Source: an uncultured euryarchaeote
GTDB taxonomy: Archaea > Thermoplasmatota > Poseidoniia > Poseidoniales > Poseidoniaceae
Length of the DNA: 64,000 nucleotides
NCBI GenBank assembly: GCA_937899865.1
Contig: CALBRH010000054.1
Span: 1 to 64,000, forward strand
Direction of reading: 5' to 3'
In this document: piece after piece, positions 1 through 10,200 of the stretch
How positions within the stretch are numbered: the stretch's first letter is position 1
Layout of the letters: every line of letters starts with the position of its first letter
The notes under the pieces: generated by a model
Told to the model about the DNA's origin: nothing
The model's database searches: none
The model's input: only the letters and a program-made list of their open reading frames with translations
Program-made: the position numbers and the translations under genes

Positions 1-1
1 A

Positions 2-373
2 TAATGGATCTGGATTATCAGCAGTACTTGGAAGAGGTATAAATTCGTCCGATTCAGCCTCGTCATTATCAAATAATCCACCATATTCTTGGCCAACCAA
101 GATTAGTAGTAAAATAAGTGAAGTCACTGTAACTAATAGCCAAAAACTTGTCTCATTTTTCCGGTTTTTATTACTCATCTTGTAATTATCATTAACAATT
201 TTTTTTGAGTTATGTTTGACTTTTTTTGATCGGTTTGATACTTTTTCTGATTTTTTGGTTTGCTTTTTTCCTAATTCATAAGCTTCGATAATTGCTTTTG
301 GATCATTGATTATATTGGTTTCAACATTATCACCCTGATGAACAGAGTCTGAATAACTGCTTTTTTGATTCAT
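2..373 (-). CDS. Hypothetical membrane-anchored protein, partial (runs off the window start)
   Basis: Hand translation from ATG at 373: MNQKSSYSDSVHQGDNVETNIINDPKAIIEAYELGKK...NETSFWLLVTVTSLILLLILVGQEYGGLFDND...; open to position 2; one hydrophobic segment. Not in the ORF track. Confidence 0.7.
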   Translation of the reverse strand, partial: MNQKSSYSDSVHQGDNVETNIINDPKAIIEAYELGKKQTKKSEKVSNRSKKVKHNSKKIVNDNYKMSNKNRKNETSFWLLVTVTSLILLLILVGQEYGGLFDNDEAESDEFIPLPSTADNPDPL

Positions 374-400
374 AATAAAACCAACTTAAGGCAATCACAT

Positions 401-1009
401 TTAATTAGATTTAGCTTTCCATGCAGATTTATCATCATAGAGTTTTCTTAATCGCAAGAAACCGATTAATGCAGCAACATTAGCTATGTGTGCAGTTGTA
501 CAATACAAGCAAATTTTATTCTCTTGAATCTCATATGAAATAAGTAGAAGAATGACTAAGATTCCCACGCCTGTAATCAATGTTCCAAAGGTGATAAATC
601 TCTCAGTATATTCGCCATTGGGTTCATTCTTAATCACTAAGACCAAGAACAGCAAAAATGCGAAGGTCAACATTCCTAGCATGCCCCAAGACAAGCCAAA
701 TAGAGGGTCAACATTGAGTTCATTATTACCCAGTAAATCATCACATGAAAAGACACTTGAAGAGGTACAAAAGTTACCGCCTTCACTGATTTTTGATGAA
801 ATCCAAAATGTCTGTGCTGAGACGGCGAAACCAAAGAATACAATCATCTGTAATCCTGCAGTTATTCTGCCTCTCTCAGTAGATAATATTTCGAAACGAC
901 CGGCTAGGCTATCCCCTGCAGATTTACCAAATGGTGTAACCAATAGTAATCCAAATAAAGTTGGTAGCAAATATGCAGCGACAAGTAAATTGTCAAGCAA
1001 TTCAAGCAC
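401..1009 (-). CDS. Vitamin K epoxide reductase (VKOR) family disulfide-bond formation protein
   Basis: Multi-TM protein with loop Cys pair (FCTSSSVFSC) and active-site CxxC (CLYC); GTG start overlaps the upstream thioredoxin-fold gene. Confidence 0.85.
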   Translation of the reverse strand: MLELLDNLLVAAYLLPTLFGLLLVTPFGKSAGDSLAGRFEILSTERGRITAGLQMIVFFGFAVSAQTFWISSKISEGGNFCTSSSVFSCDDLLGNNELNVDPLFGLSWGMLGMLTFAFLLFLVLVIKNEPNGEYTERFITFGTLITGVGILVILLLISYEIQENKICLYCTTAHIANVAALIGFLRLRKLYDDKSAWKAKSN

Positions 1010-1634
1010 CTTCCTGAGGAGTTAGTCTAACAATTGCCTGGGCTAAATCTTCATTACTATCATCAGAAACCCAAGCGATTATTCCATCTGGTTGAATCAA
1101 AAAGTATGTTGGAGTGCCAGGAATTCCCCACTCTTTCATATTGTCTTGATCGATGTCATCAATGTAAGGGAAATTATGACCATATTCCGCTCTAAAGTCT
1201 TGTATCTCCGCCCTACTTGTCTCATGACCTGGAATATCAAGTTCGGTTGCGCTAGCTAAAAAGTTGACATGTGGCCCATTCCAGTTAGGATTGTTAGCGC
1301 TGTATGTATTTGCCCATTGGCCATATTCATCAGCAGTTTGCTGACAATACGGACAATCAGTATCCATAAATTCAATTGCCACCCACTGCCCTGACATATT
1401 GCCTTCTTCCCATGAAGTATCGAAATAACTTTCAAAATCAAATTCTACCCATGAGGTGCCATTGTATGCTTTTCCTTCAACATCTGGAGCTCTTTCTCCA
1501 ACATCAGTACCAATGGCAATCGGATTTGCGGTAAAAGCAATAATCATTATTGCTATAAAAAATAATGATGCAACTGATAGTGCTGCACTACCAACTGCTC
1601 CAGCATTGTCATCTCTAGTTAATTTTCCTTGCAT
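1002..1634 (-). CDS. Membrane-anchored thioredoxin-fold redoxin (TlpA/ResA/DsbA-like)
   Basis: N-terminal TM helix, CPYC motif, cis-Pro motif GTPTYF. Confidence 0.85.
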   Translation of the reverse strand: MQGKLTRDDNAGAVGSAALSVASLFFIAIMIIAFTANPIAIGTDVGERAPDVEGKAYNGTSWVEFDFESYFDTSWEEGNMSGQWVAIEFMDTDCPYCQQTADEYGQWANTYSANNPNWNGPHVNFLASATELDIPGHETSRAEIQDFRAEYGHNFPYIDDIDQDNMKEWGIPGTPTYFLIQPDGIIAWVSDDSNEDLAQAIVRLTPQEGA

Positions 1635-1638
1635 ATTT

Positions 1639-2583
1639 TCACATTCCTATTTCTTCTATCAAGCATCTGGTTGTGTGTCTAACCGCCGCCTCGCTATTGT
1701 AGTTGACATCATATCCTGTTGAAAGCATTTTTTCAATACTGAGCATTGCTCTAGGAATATCTCCGGCCCATCCTCTATCACCGCCAGTATATTCTATTGT
1801 AGCATTGTTAAATCCTGTTTCTTCAACAACAATCTCTGCAATTCTTCTAACTGAACAAGTGTCATGACTGCCAAGGTTGTACAGATTTATTGATGAGTTT
1901 TGGTTGTTGTAAATATGCATAATAGCCTTGACACAATCTTTTACTTCCATGTATGATTTTTCTTGCAGACCATTTCCTAAAACTTCTAACCTTGAATTAT
2001 CCCGTTTTAATTTGTGAATAAAATCAAAGATTACACCATGGGTCCCACGCTCTCCAATAATATTGGCAAACCTAAAGATCCATGCTTGAAAATCAAATGT
2101 TCCAACCCAACTGGTAATCAATCCCTCTGAACCTAATTTACTTGCTCCATACAGAGATATTGGTAAACATGGACCATGATTTTCTGGTGTAGGCATCGGA
2201 GCTTCTTCGCCGTAAACAACTGATGAAGAGGCAAATACAATTTTCTTAACACCGTTAATTCGCATAGATTCCAAGATATTGTAAGTAGCGATAGTACCCT
2301 GCTTAAGATCAGTATCAGTGATTTTTGTTCCAAGTCTTATATCTGGATTTGCTGCCATATGGAATACACAATCAATATTTTTTGTAGCCTGCATTACATC
2401 ATCAAGAACGGTTAAGTCGCCATGGATAAATTCCACATTACCTGCTTCCATCTGGTGGGAAATCAAATTTAAATCTCCACTTGAAAGATTATCAATGATT
2501 TTTACATCATAACCTGCATCTACAAGTTCGTCAATTAGGTGTGAACCAATGAAACCTGCTCCACCAGTAACTAAGGCTCGCAT
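1639..2583 (-). CDS. NAD-dependent epimerase/dehydratase (UDP-glucose 4-epimerase-like)
   Basis: LVTGGAGFIG Rossmann motif, YGASK catalytic YxxxK; likely start MRALV at 2583. Confidence 0.9.
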   Translation of the reverse strand: MRALVTGGAGFIGSHLIDELVDAGYDVKIIDNLSSGDLNLISHQMEAGNVEFIHGDLTVLDDVMQATKNIDCVFHMAANPDIRLGTKITDTDLKQGTIATYNILESMRINGVKKIVFASSSVVYGEEAPMPTPENHGPCLPISLYGASKLGSEGLITSWVGTFDFQAWIFRFANIIGERGTHGVIFDFIHKLKRDNSRLEVLGNGLQEKSYMEVKDCVKAIMHIYNNQNSSINLYNLGSHDTCSVRRIAEIVVEETGFNNATIEYTGGDRGWAGDIPRAMLSIEKMLSTGYDVNYNSEAAVRHTTRCLIEEIGM

Positions 2584-2695
2584 AGCATTACGAAACATCA
2601 CATCCGTATAAGACAAATGGTAGTAAAACTAACTCTAGTTTGATAAACTTAGAGGCTAATCATGAGTTTTGCTGCAAAAGCAGTGGAGTGTTAAT

Positions 2696-2950
2696 ATGGC
2701 AAAAAATAGCAAAACTGAAAAAAATATGGACGATGTAGAAAACAAAAGTAACCTTGTAGGTTATGTTAGAAGAAGTAATGCTGGTGGAGCAATCAAAGTT
2801 TCCATCAACAATGATGCTTTTTCTGAATGTGAAACATATGTCACCAGTGATGGACAAGAATACGTACCTCTTGTCATATCACTAAATGCACTAAATAAAG
2901 TGCTAATTGGTGAAAGAGTGGTCACAACCATCAGTCAAATAGTTGACTAA
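2696..2950 (+). CDS. Small hypothetical protein
   Basis: ORF with ATG at 2696 after a GGAG-like RBS; beta-rich sequence; no family recognised with confidence. Confidence 0.65.
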   Translation: MAKNSKTEKNMDDVENKSNLVGYVRRSNAGGAIKVSINNDAFSECETYVTSDGQEYVPLVISLNALNKVLIGERVVTTISQIVD

Positions 2951-3119
2951 ATTTAGTTGGTCAGACTAGATACAGATCGCACAATTCAAACTAATTTGAA
3001 TTATATTTCCAGCAATTGCGCTTAATGTCGAAACTAATTTTAGGATTGGTCTCGATTTTTTTATAAAAAATCTATATTATATCAATACCCATAAATAGTC
3101 ACAGTTTTGCCCGAAAATT

Positions 3120-4061
3120 GTGAAAGATGGGGATTCACAATCTGACGCCAGTCCAATTATAGTTGCTGGCATGCCGATGTATAATGAAGAAGAGACCATT
3201 GGTACAGTTGTTACAATGGCTCTCAAACATGTTGATGCAGTAATTTGTGTTGATGATGGTTCATCTGACTCTAGTGCTCGAATTGCTGAATCCTGTGGAG
3301 CAATAGTTGTCCGACACAGAGTAAATCGAGGTTATGGAGGTGCTCTAAAATCTCTATTTATCAAAGCAAGAGAAATAGGTGCTGATGCTTTAGTAGTTCT
3401 TGACAGCGATGGTCAACACGAGGCTAGCGATATTCCAAAATTACTTGAGCCAATTATCAATGGCAATGATGACTTTGTGATTGGATCAAGATTCATCGAT
3501 GGTGGAGGGGGAACAGATATGCCTGCTTACAGAAGATTGGGCATTAAAGTAATAACTGCAGCAAGCAACCTCTCAAGAGATATCTCGATTAAAGATACTC
3601 AATCTGGATTTAGAGCATTCTCTAAAAGAGCATTAGAATTATTGAGATTTGATAGCGAAGGAATGGAGTTATCTCTTGAAATGTTAGAAGATGCTCATGA
3701 GAAGCAATTGAAAATAAGCGAAGTCCCTACATTGGTGAGATATGATGTCCCTAAGGGCTCTAACTTCACTGCAGTATCTCACGGATTCACTGTTTTATCT
3801 TGGGCCTTAATTTCTCTATCACACAAAAAACCAATATTAGTTCTTGGATTACCTGGATTAGGATTATTTGCTGCGGGTGCAGCGATGGGCCTTAATCTTG
3901 CACAGAATGTAACTGGTCAAATTGACAACTATATTGGCCCAGGATTATCAGCAGTTTGGATTGGTGTTTTGGGATTATCACTGATGGCAACAGGATTAGT
4001 TTTACAATCAGCTAGAGGTTTCTTAAGACACCTAATTGTTAGAGAGTTCGGTTTAGATTAA
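3120..4061 (+). CDS. GT2 glycosyltransferase (polyprenol-phosphate mannose synthase-like) with C-terminal TM helices
   Basis: PMYNEE, VDDGSSD, DSDGQH, DTQSGFRAF motifs. Confidence 0.9.
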   Translation: MKDGDSQSDASPIIVAGMPMYNEEETIGTVVTMALKHVDAVICVDDGSSDSSARIAESCGAIVVRHRVNRGYGGALKSLFIKAREIGADALVVLDSDGQHEASDIPKLLEPIINGNDDFVIGSRFIDGGGGTDMPAYRRLGIKVITAASNLSRDISIKDTQSGFRAFSKRALELLRFDSEGMELSLEMLEDAHEKQLKISEVPTLVRYDVPKGSNFTAVSHGFTVLSWALISLSHKKPILVLGLPGLGLFAAGAAMGLNLAQNVTGQIDNYIGPGLSAVWIGVLGLSLMATGLVLQSARGFLRHLIVREFGLD

Positions 4062-4132
4062 TCATCTAAAAAGAAGATTATATCAAATCCTGTAACAGGA
4101 TTATTCAAAGCCCTCTTTTTGATGCATTAACC

Positions 4133-6940
4133 ATGAGCGAGGCGCCCGTTAATCGAGATAGTCCGCTCAAAGATGTAAAAGAAAAATTTCAGCATGTGAA
4201 AAAAATAGCAGCAAAGAAATCCATGCAGTCTTTGGATAACATGTATAGTAATGTGCTAACATCACCTGCAACTGTAGTAATTTTGTTGATAATTATTTCA
4301 GCATTTTTTGCTCAACAAGGTATGGACTTCCAATCGCAAATTGATGATGACGTAGAAATATTCCTCCCTGATGGTGCTCCCTCTACTGAATTATTGCTTG
4401 AAGTAAGAGAAGAATGGTCTACCGATATCACTGTTATTTACATAAGAACAGAGAACGCTTTCGATATGTCTAGTGATTCAAATATTACTGACAAAGATAT
4501 TCTTGATGTAATCAGTTGGGTTGAAGGAGATGATTACAATGTTGGAGGAGATTCAATCAGCAGGGGCATTGATTATGATAAGAATGACAATGGCAGAAAC
4601 GATGGCGTGCTTTGGATTATTTCACCTGCTCAAGTAATTAAAGAAATAAATTCAGCAGATGGAAGATTCAATAATTCACTATGTGAACATGGTATTGACA
4701 CTAGAATACCAATAATTGACTTAGATTGTGAGTTATTACCCGGAGGTGGACAATATGTTATACCTGAACAGGAACGAATTGATACTATTATTGAACAGTC
4801 AAATGGTAGTTTTGAGCCACTGATTAAAGATACTAATGATGATGGTATTTGGGATACTACTGCAATTATTGTTGGTATGAATCAGAAATTTGATGAAATT
4901 GATGATTTCAATAACTTTGAAGAATTATTAGCTCACTTCGAAATGGTTGTAGAAAATCGTCCAAATTCTGACATTAGCGTAATGACTGTTACAGGTCTTA
5001 CAAAGGTATTAGAAGATATTTCTGATGCAATTTATGAAGACTTATTGATGATTTTACCGTGGTCTATTTTGTTTACTGTTTTGATAATTACTGCACTTCA
5101 CAGATCGCTAAAGGTAGTTGCAATCACTGGTACTCCTATCGTAATGGCGCTTGCATTTACTTTTGGTTCATCGGTTATTTTAGATATCACACTGACTCCA
5201 ATGATAGTAGCAACCTTCCCGATATTAATTGGTTTAGGGGTAGATTATGCTTTACACATGGTAAACAGAATTGAAGAAGTTCGGCGGAAAGAATTACAAA
5301 AAATGCAAGATGAAAATGTTAGAAGGAAAAAACGTGGTGAAAAAGAAGTAAAGATTCCAGATTTATGGGATATGGATTTTTACAAAAAATGTGTTTTGGA
5401 GATGGCGAGTTCAACTGGAGTAGCTGTATTCATTTCCGCCATCACTACAGTAATTGGTTTCTCTGTGTTGATTGCTCCTCAAATTGTAACAGTAGCGCCA
5501 ATACGCTCTGTTGGTGTAACATTAGTTCTAGGGATTGCCTCAACATTGGTACTTAGTATAATCTTAGTTCCAACTATTGCATGGATGTTAAGATACAACA
5601 AACGGACTAATCCCACAATGTGGAAAAATATTGGTAAATTACCAGTCAAAGGATTTTTGATAATCGTTCTAATTTTTGGCTCAATAACATTCTACGGCAT
5701 AATAAATCTTGATTCGATGAATGAGCCAATTACGGGTTCATCTGAAGCACCTGATGGCATAGATTCGCTAAATTCTTTAGCTGAATATTCTGAATATTTC
5801 AGCGGTGGACAGACATCTTTATTCATTTTTAGTGCAGAAGACAGGCCAAATAACAACAATACTGATCGGATTAGGGATTTGCCGGTTTTGGATGTTATAG
5901 ATGGCTTAGAGAAGCGAATTGGTGAAGTTGAGAGAACAAATACCACTAGCATTGTAACCTTCTTACGAGCAATTCCAGTAACAATTGGTTTGAATGACGA
6001 CATTGCACTTTATCAAGGAAGTCTTTGGGATTTATTGCATGAACCTTGTTGGGAATCTAATGACCCAGTAGAATGTCATGCATGGTTACTACTAGATGCT
6101 AGCGGCGAAGGTGGTAGAGAACAATTAAGAAAAGACATGGTGAATATAGTGTTTGATACTTTGAGCAATGAAGTAAAATCAATGCTACTTAATGAAGAAG
6201 GAACCAAGGGAATCGTATATGTTACTCAACCATATATGAATTTAAATGCAGCATCTGTTCTAAGAGACGAAATTGATGCTATGTTAATTGAAGATACTGG
6301 TTTAGAAGGTACTAAATCTTCGAAATTGACTGGTGGACTTCCAGTTTCTCTTGACATAAATGAAGGAATTCATAGTTCTCAAAATCTAACAACCATAGTA
6401 ACTATGATTATTCTAACAATCGTACTTTCTATAGTATTCAGGTCGCCTCGATTAGGAATCATTACTATGGTTCCTGTAGCAGTGGTAATTCTTTGGCAAC
6501 CATTATTGATGAATAGCCCTGATGTAAATGTCAATATATTTACTGCAATGATTGGAACCATTGTCTTCGGGATAGGAGTAGATGATGCAATTCACGTAAT
6601 GCATAGAATTCAAGAAGAAGGAGAAACACCTGTTGGAATTGCTAATTCGATTGAAGAAACTGGTCAGACTATCTTCGAAACTACCATTACTACTGTAAGC
6701 GGTATCGGTGCCGGTTTCTTAGTAACATTCCCAGGTTTAGAAAATTTCTTTATGATCATGTGTCTACTAATCATATTTGCATTCATAACAAGTACTTTCT
6801 TAATGCCGGCTGTAATTACTTCAGAAAAAGTAGTGAAATCGGCTATCAAGGGTGAGCCATACTGGGTAGATTACGGTGAGGGAATTGCTCTTGCATCAGC
6901 AATTTCAATGAAACCGATGGATGCTGTGTTAGAAGATTAG
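4133..6940 (+). CDS. MMPL/RND-superfamily transporter (archaeal HAE3 type)
   Basis: Two repeats of TM block plus large external loop; GLGVDYALH and GIGVDDAIH motifs. Confidence 0.9.
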   Translation: MSEAPVNRDSPLKDVKEKFQHVKKIAAKKSMQSLDNMYSNVLTSPATVVILLIIISAFFAQQGMDFQSQIDDDVEIFLPDGAPSTELLLEVREEWSTDITVIYIRTENAFDMSSDSNITDKDILDVISWVEGDDYNVGGDSISRGIDYDKNDNGRNDGVLWIISPAQVIKEINSADGRFNNSLCEHGIDTRIPIIDLDCELLPGGGQYVIPEQERIDTIIEQSNGSFEPLIKDTNDDGIWDTTAIIVGMNQKFDEIDDFNNFEELLAHFEMVVENRPNSDISVMTVTGLTKVLEDISDAIYEDLLMILPWSILFTVLIITALHRSLKVVAITGTPIVMALAFTFGSSVILDITLTPMIVATFPILIGLGVDYALHMVNRIEEVRRKELQKMQDENVRRKKRGEKEVKIPDLWDMDFYKKCVLEMASSTGVAVFISAITTVIGFSVLIAPQIVTVAPIRSVGVTLVLGIASTLVLSIILVPTIAWMLRYNKRTNPTMWKNIGKLPVKGFLIIVLIFGSITFYGIINLDSMNEPITGSSEAPDGIDSLNSLAEYSEYFSGGQTSLFIFSAEDRPNNNNTDRIRDLPVLDVIDGLEKRIGEVERTNTTSIVTFLRAIPVTIGLNDDIALYQGSLWDLLHEPCWESNDPVECHAWLLLDASGEGGREQLRKDMVNIVFDTLSNEVKSMLLNEEGTKGIVYVTQPYMNLNAASVLRDEIDAMLIEDTGLEGTKSSKLTGGLPVSLDINEGIHSSQNLTTIVTMIILTIVLSIVFRSPRLGIITMVPVAVVILWQPLLMNSPDVNVNIFTAMIGTIVFGIGVDDAIHVMHRIQEEGETPVGIANSIEETGQTIFETTITTVSGIGAGFLVTFPGLENFFMIMCLLIIFAFITSTFLMPAVITSEKVVKSAIKGEPYWVDYGEGIALASAISMKPMDAVLED

Positions 6941-6941
6941 C

Positions 6942-7242
6942 GAGGGAGTAGGGAGTAAGCCCCTTTCTGTTACCTTTCGGCGACTGCATTCAACTTAGCA
7001 TCCTACCTGTTCCTAGACGCGCTATCTCTCCGGAACTGCTTGGACTTGCTCCTGTGCGGTTGCTCGTTTCATCGACAATAAGGAAATCTCTGTCTTTCAA
7101 CATCATCGTACTACCCCTATATCGTTCGTTTCTATTGCATTAACCAAACCATCTCTAATTTCTCTCTTCTGTGAGGCACATGCGCTGTGGAGAGGGGACT
7201 TTCCTCAGAGTCGAACTCTGTCAGCAGCCCTCCTACTCCCTC
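6942..7242 (-). ncRNA. rnpB: RNase P RNA (archaeal type A-like)
   Basis: Minus strand has GAGGAAAGUCC, GAUGAAAC, GGAGCAAG and AACAGAAAGGGGCUUA; termini pair (GAGGGAGUAGG / CCUACUCCCUC); an L15-like GGUA is present. Confidence 0.95.
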
Positions 7243-7283
7243 AAATCAATCCTTTTTGGTTTGTCATTTGAACTCTTCTACTA

Positions 7284-10200
7284 TCACTGATATGGATTAT
7301 CTCCAGGTGATGCAGGTGCTTGCTGATGAGCATATTGATGATTTTGTTGCGGTCTCATCTGTTGATTTGATGGCTGATAATTTTTATTTCCAGGTAGACG
7401 TTGATATTGGGGCGGTTTCGGTGTCCTAAGACCAAATATTAGAATACCCACTAATGAAACTACTAAGAGGAAAATTACTACTAATAATACCGGATTAATT
7501 TCTGATATTCCACCAAAGAAGCTATCGTCTTCTCCGTCTCCAACATAGAAAGTTTCAGTCTGAACTGTTGGCCCTCCAACTATTATGAATTCAACCCACA
7601 TTGAACCATCTCTATCTGGCGTCCATCGATGATTAAATACCCCATTTCCTCCAGAATTAACCTTTACTTCTTGGGAGTGGATAATAGTCCTTGCTCCATT
7701 ACTTTCAACTCTTTCAACTCTTAATTGAGCATCTCCGTCTGTTTTACCAACATTTTGTATAACCACTGACAAATCAACTGATTTCCCTACCTCTAATTGG
7801 CCACTGTAATAGATAGCTGGTTGTATAAGAGCATATTCAGGTAATTGTTGTTCTAATTGCCACACTGCAAATGGAGTATATACTTCATCAGATACGGAGC
7901 CAAAAGAATTTCCTGCCATATCACTGCCATTTATCCAAATTCTTAGTTCTAATTCTTCAGTACGTATAACTTCAGGAACAGCAGTATCTAAATCTATACC
8001 AAAAGTTCCTATGATAGATTCGCCAAATGGCATTCCACCTAATATAGAGATTTTACCTGATCCATTGGCAATACTTGATGAGGCAAAGCCAAATCCTGAT
8101 GGATGAACTTCCCATTTTAAATTCATAGTGTCTTGATCTAAGAAATTGTCTTCTGATAAAGTCATAACTATTTCTAATGATTCCCATTCAACTTCTTCTA
8201 TAATTTGAGCCGGCAAAGGATAATTAATGCTAGTGATTGAAGGCGCCTCATCATCAACAATAAACCACAATAATGGAGAATTAGGATCTACAATAGTAGC
8301 ACCATTAGGTGCATTCTTTAGTGATATATCTAAGGCATAATTACCTGGTGTTGCGGGCGAAATAATATAACCACTGAACTGACCTTGTTGATAATCTACC
8401 TGTGCTTGATTGAGACCCAAAGTGAATAATAATTGCAAATCTTGCATTACATGCCTATTGGTTTTCACCCAATTCAATGAACCTGATATCAAAATGTCAT
8501 CTCTAGCCTTAATCCATGAACCTGTATTCGAGTCATTATTTCCTGAAGTAATATAACTCAAGTCTTCTTGACTAATCTCCATCTCACCAGAATATCGCCA
8601 ATTTAACTCTGATAATTCGATTGTTGTAGATTGACGGTTGAGGTCAGTCAAGCGAATTAGTGGTGTTCTAACAATACTATCATCTGGGTCGAATCCCCAT
8701 TTTAATTGGAAATTGATTTCAAAATTTCCAGAATTAGTAAATAATCCTGATTCACTATCACCTATCATTTTACAATTTGAGATTTGGATGTATAATGTTG
8801 AACTTGAGCAAACTCCTGTTTGTCTATTCCACAAAATTGACGAAGAGTCAGGTTGATTTATCGATAAATCCAATTCGATATCAGTTATATCTGTAACACC
8901 ATTTTTGTCCCATACAGGGATTGAGAGTGTAATGTCTTCACCTGGGTGCAACCAAGGAAGATATCCATAATCCCATGAAATATCTGAATAACCTAACTGT
9001 GGTGAACCATCACTACTGATTAATAAATTAAAAAGTGGCGATGAGATATTACCTGAGTCTACTAACATATTACCTGCAGAATCTGCAACTTCTAACCAAC
9101 CTCTAACATAGCCGCCATCTGGTGCGCTTGAGGAATCTAAATCATAGGAATAAATTCCTTCCAAATTGGTAAGAACACTTGGATATTCAAGCTCATGCCT
9201 CACCACTTCAGAAATATCAATTTGACCATTTTGATTAAAATCATGTTCCCAAGAATGCCACAAAATAATTTCAGCTTGAGTTGGTAAAATCGGGCGGTCT
9301 GTAATAGTAAACTCAAGAATATTAGAAGGACTTGATTGGAAATGATCAAACTCATCTATATTCATAGAAAGTAATTGGGGATTAACCGCATCATAACCAA
9401 ATTCGATCACATTAGGAACTTCATATGTTACTGATTGGCCTCGCAAAGGTTGTATGTCTATCTCTAATTCAACCGAATCCCCAAAAGTAGGAATTACCCA
9501 TGGTATGGAAACAATTCCTTCGTTAATTATTGATGAGGCGCCATATTCATTGCCATTGACCAATAGTCGTACTAAGGCATGTCCTGTCCTAGGAGCAGTG
9601 CCTTCATTTCCTTCAAATCCTAATTGTGCTTGAACGATAACTGGTTCTCCTCTTTGATTTTGTAGATAAGGGAATTCATTATCAGAAGAAACTCCATTTC
9701 CACCGACAATTGCCCAATGTTTGAGTGCTACATCATTTTCTACACCTTGTGAATTACCAAGCCCAAAGGATTTGCTAACCGATAACATTGGTCCAGTTGT
9801 TGAAACCATGTTTACAGACGCTAACAAAAATTCTTCATCATCCCACTCGACTGGGAACTTGAATCTATGATGGAATTCTAAAATTGAATTTGTTTCTGAC
9901 ATTTGAATTATACCATTTGCTCCCAAATCAGACCAAATTAGTTGTACACCACTCTGTATACAATTGCTAACTCCATTACCTACTATTGGTAATGCTAACG
10001 TACTGCATCGTATCTGAGCAATATTATCTTTCCCTACCAAATTAAAGTCTAACAACCATGAACCTGATTTGACAAAGGCTTCAGGATTGGATACGCCAAT
10101 ACTTGAAAAATCGAATGTACTAGTGACATCAATCCAATTCATTGACGGAGTAAAGGTGTCTGTAACATTGCTTACTTCCATTGTTAATGGATTAATTGAT

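Noticed and set aside
7187-7429. 80-aa plus-strand ORF
   Set aside because: Overlaps the RNase P RNA and the end of the large minus-strand gene; shadow ORF.
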